From a virus (lineage: Duplodnaviria > Caudoviricetes), in the IMG/VR virus record IMGVR_UViG_3300026233_000025, positions 1 to 42,191 of that record: a stretch of 42,191 nucleotides of DNA; one strand, written 5' to 3'. This document shows, one piece after another, positions 41,562 to 42,191 of this stretch (position 1 is its first letter; each line of letters begins with the position of its first letter). Position numbers and translations under genes: made by a program. The notes under the pieces are model-generated. The model was not told the origin of the DNA. It saw nothing but the letters and a program-made list of their open reading frames with translations, and did no database searches.

Positions 41562-42191
41562 ATGCCGCATCTCGTCAGCAAGCAGACCTGGGGCACTATC
41601 GACTTCGACAGCGACACCGGCCGCATCTTCGTGCGGGAGGACTGGCTCTATAGCTGGAAGCTGTGGCCCGGCGCGGCCAAGGCCTGGACCTATCGCGAGA
41701 AGCGGACGGCGCATTCGCTGATCGACCGCTCGGTCTGGGCGATCTGGAGCAACCGCCTGGCGCTGAACGTGCGATCGAGAACCGGCCCCCCGCCCCGTTT
41801 CGGCGTGCGCGCGCCGGTCAATTTCGACGTGCGCTGGACGCTGCACAAGGGCGACTGGGCGGTGACGGTGTGGAAGATGCCGCCCGGCGCCGGGCCGACG
41901 CTCCATCGCTCGTTCGTCATGCCGTCGCAGCAGAGGATCGAGCTGAACACCGCCGACCTGCGGTTCCGATCGGCGGGCAACCAGGCGGGGGCGTGGAACC
42001 CGCATTTCGTCACGCCGCCGCACGAGTTCGCGCACACCATGGACAATCCGGACGAATACAACACCGGCAGTCCGTTCCTGGCGGACAGCGCCAGCCTGGT
42101 GAACATCGGGCGCGAGGTGCGCGCGCGGCACCTTCACCTGCTGGTCGACGCCCTCAACGCCCTGGTCCCCAAGCTCGAGTTCAGCGCTTGA
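41562..42191 (+). CDS. Flanking (outside attR) hypothetical protein with a zincin HExxH motif
   Basis: PHEFAHTMDNPDEY; 209 aa, GC3-rich codons. Confidence 0.7.
   Translation: MPHLVSKQTWGTIDFDSDTGRIFVREDWLYSWKLWPGAAKAWTYREKRTAHSLIDRSVWAIWSNRLALNVRSRTGPPPRFGVRAPVNFDVRWTLHKGDWAVTVWKMPPGAGPTLHRSFVMPSQQRIELNTADLRFRSAGNQAGAWNPHFVTPPHEFAHTMDNPDEYNTGSPFLADSASLVNIGREVRARHLHLLVDALNALVPKLEFSA

Overview
The window is almost entirely one apparently complete, GC-rich, lambda-like siphovirus prophage (about 31..41339). The host is probably an alphaproteobacterium (Caulobacteraceae-like promoter and LexA motifs). The prophage is integrated by a large serine recombinase into the 3' end of a CAT-anticodon tRNA and is bounded by a 15-bp direct repeat (GCCCCCAGCTACCAC). 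Gene order: integrase; leftward early operon (small ORFs, MazG-like, XRE, a 750-aa ParB-like protein); cI/cro; C5 DNA methyltransferase; SNF2-helicase/amino-MTase fusion; replication initiator with iterons; late regulator; cos-like site; terminase, portal, protease-capsid fusion; tail genes with a -1 frameshift; tape measure; tail tip ending in a Hint domain; lysis cassette interrupted by a RelE/XRE toxin-antitoxin pair; a LexA-box gene; attR; one flanking HExxH gene. The most notable unexplained signal is a palindrome, (G)CGAACG(C/G)CGTTCG(C), found 12 times at roughly 1.4-6 kb intervals, in different reading frames and in intergenic gaps. It co-occurs with an orphan ParB/CTPase-like protein coupled to an XRE gene, suggesting a KorB/OB-like genome-wide regulatory system in a phage (inference). 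Other highlights are an integrase whose C-terminus changes on excision, a duplicated palindrome-terminator-RBS module before the lysis genes, and the tail-tip Hint domain. All calls come from reading the sequence and motifs by eye; no database search was run.
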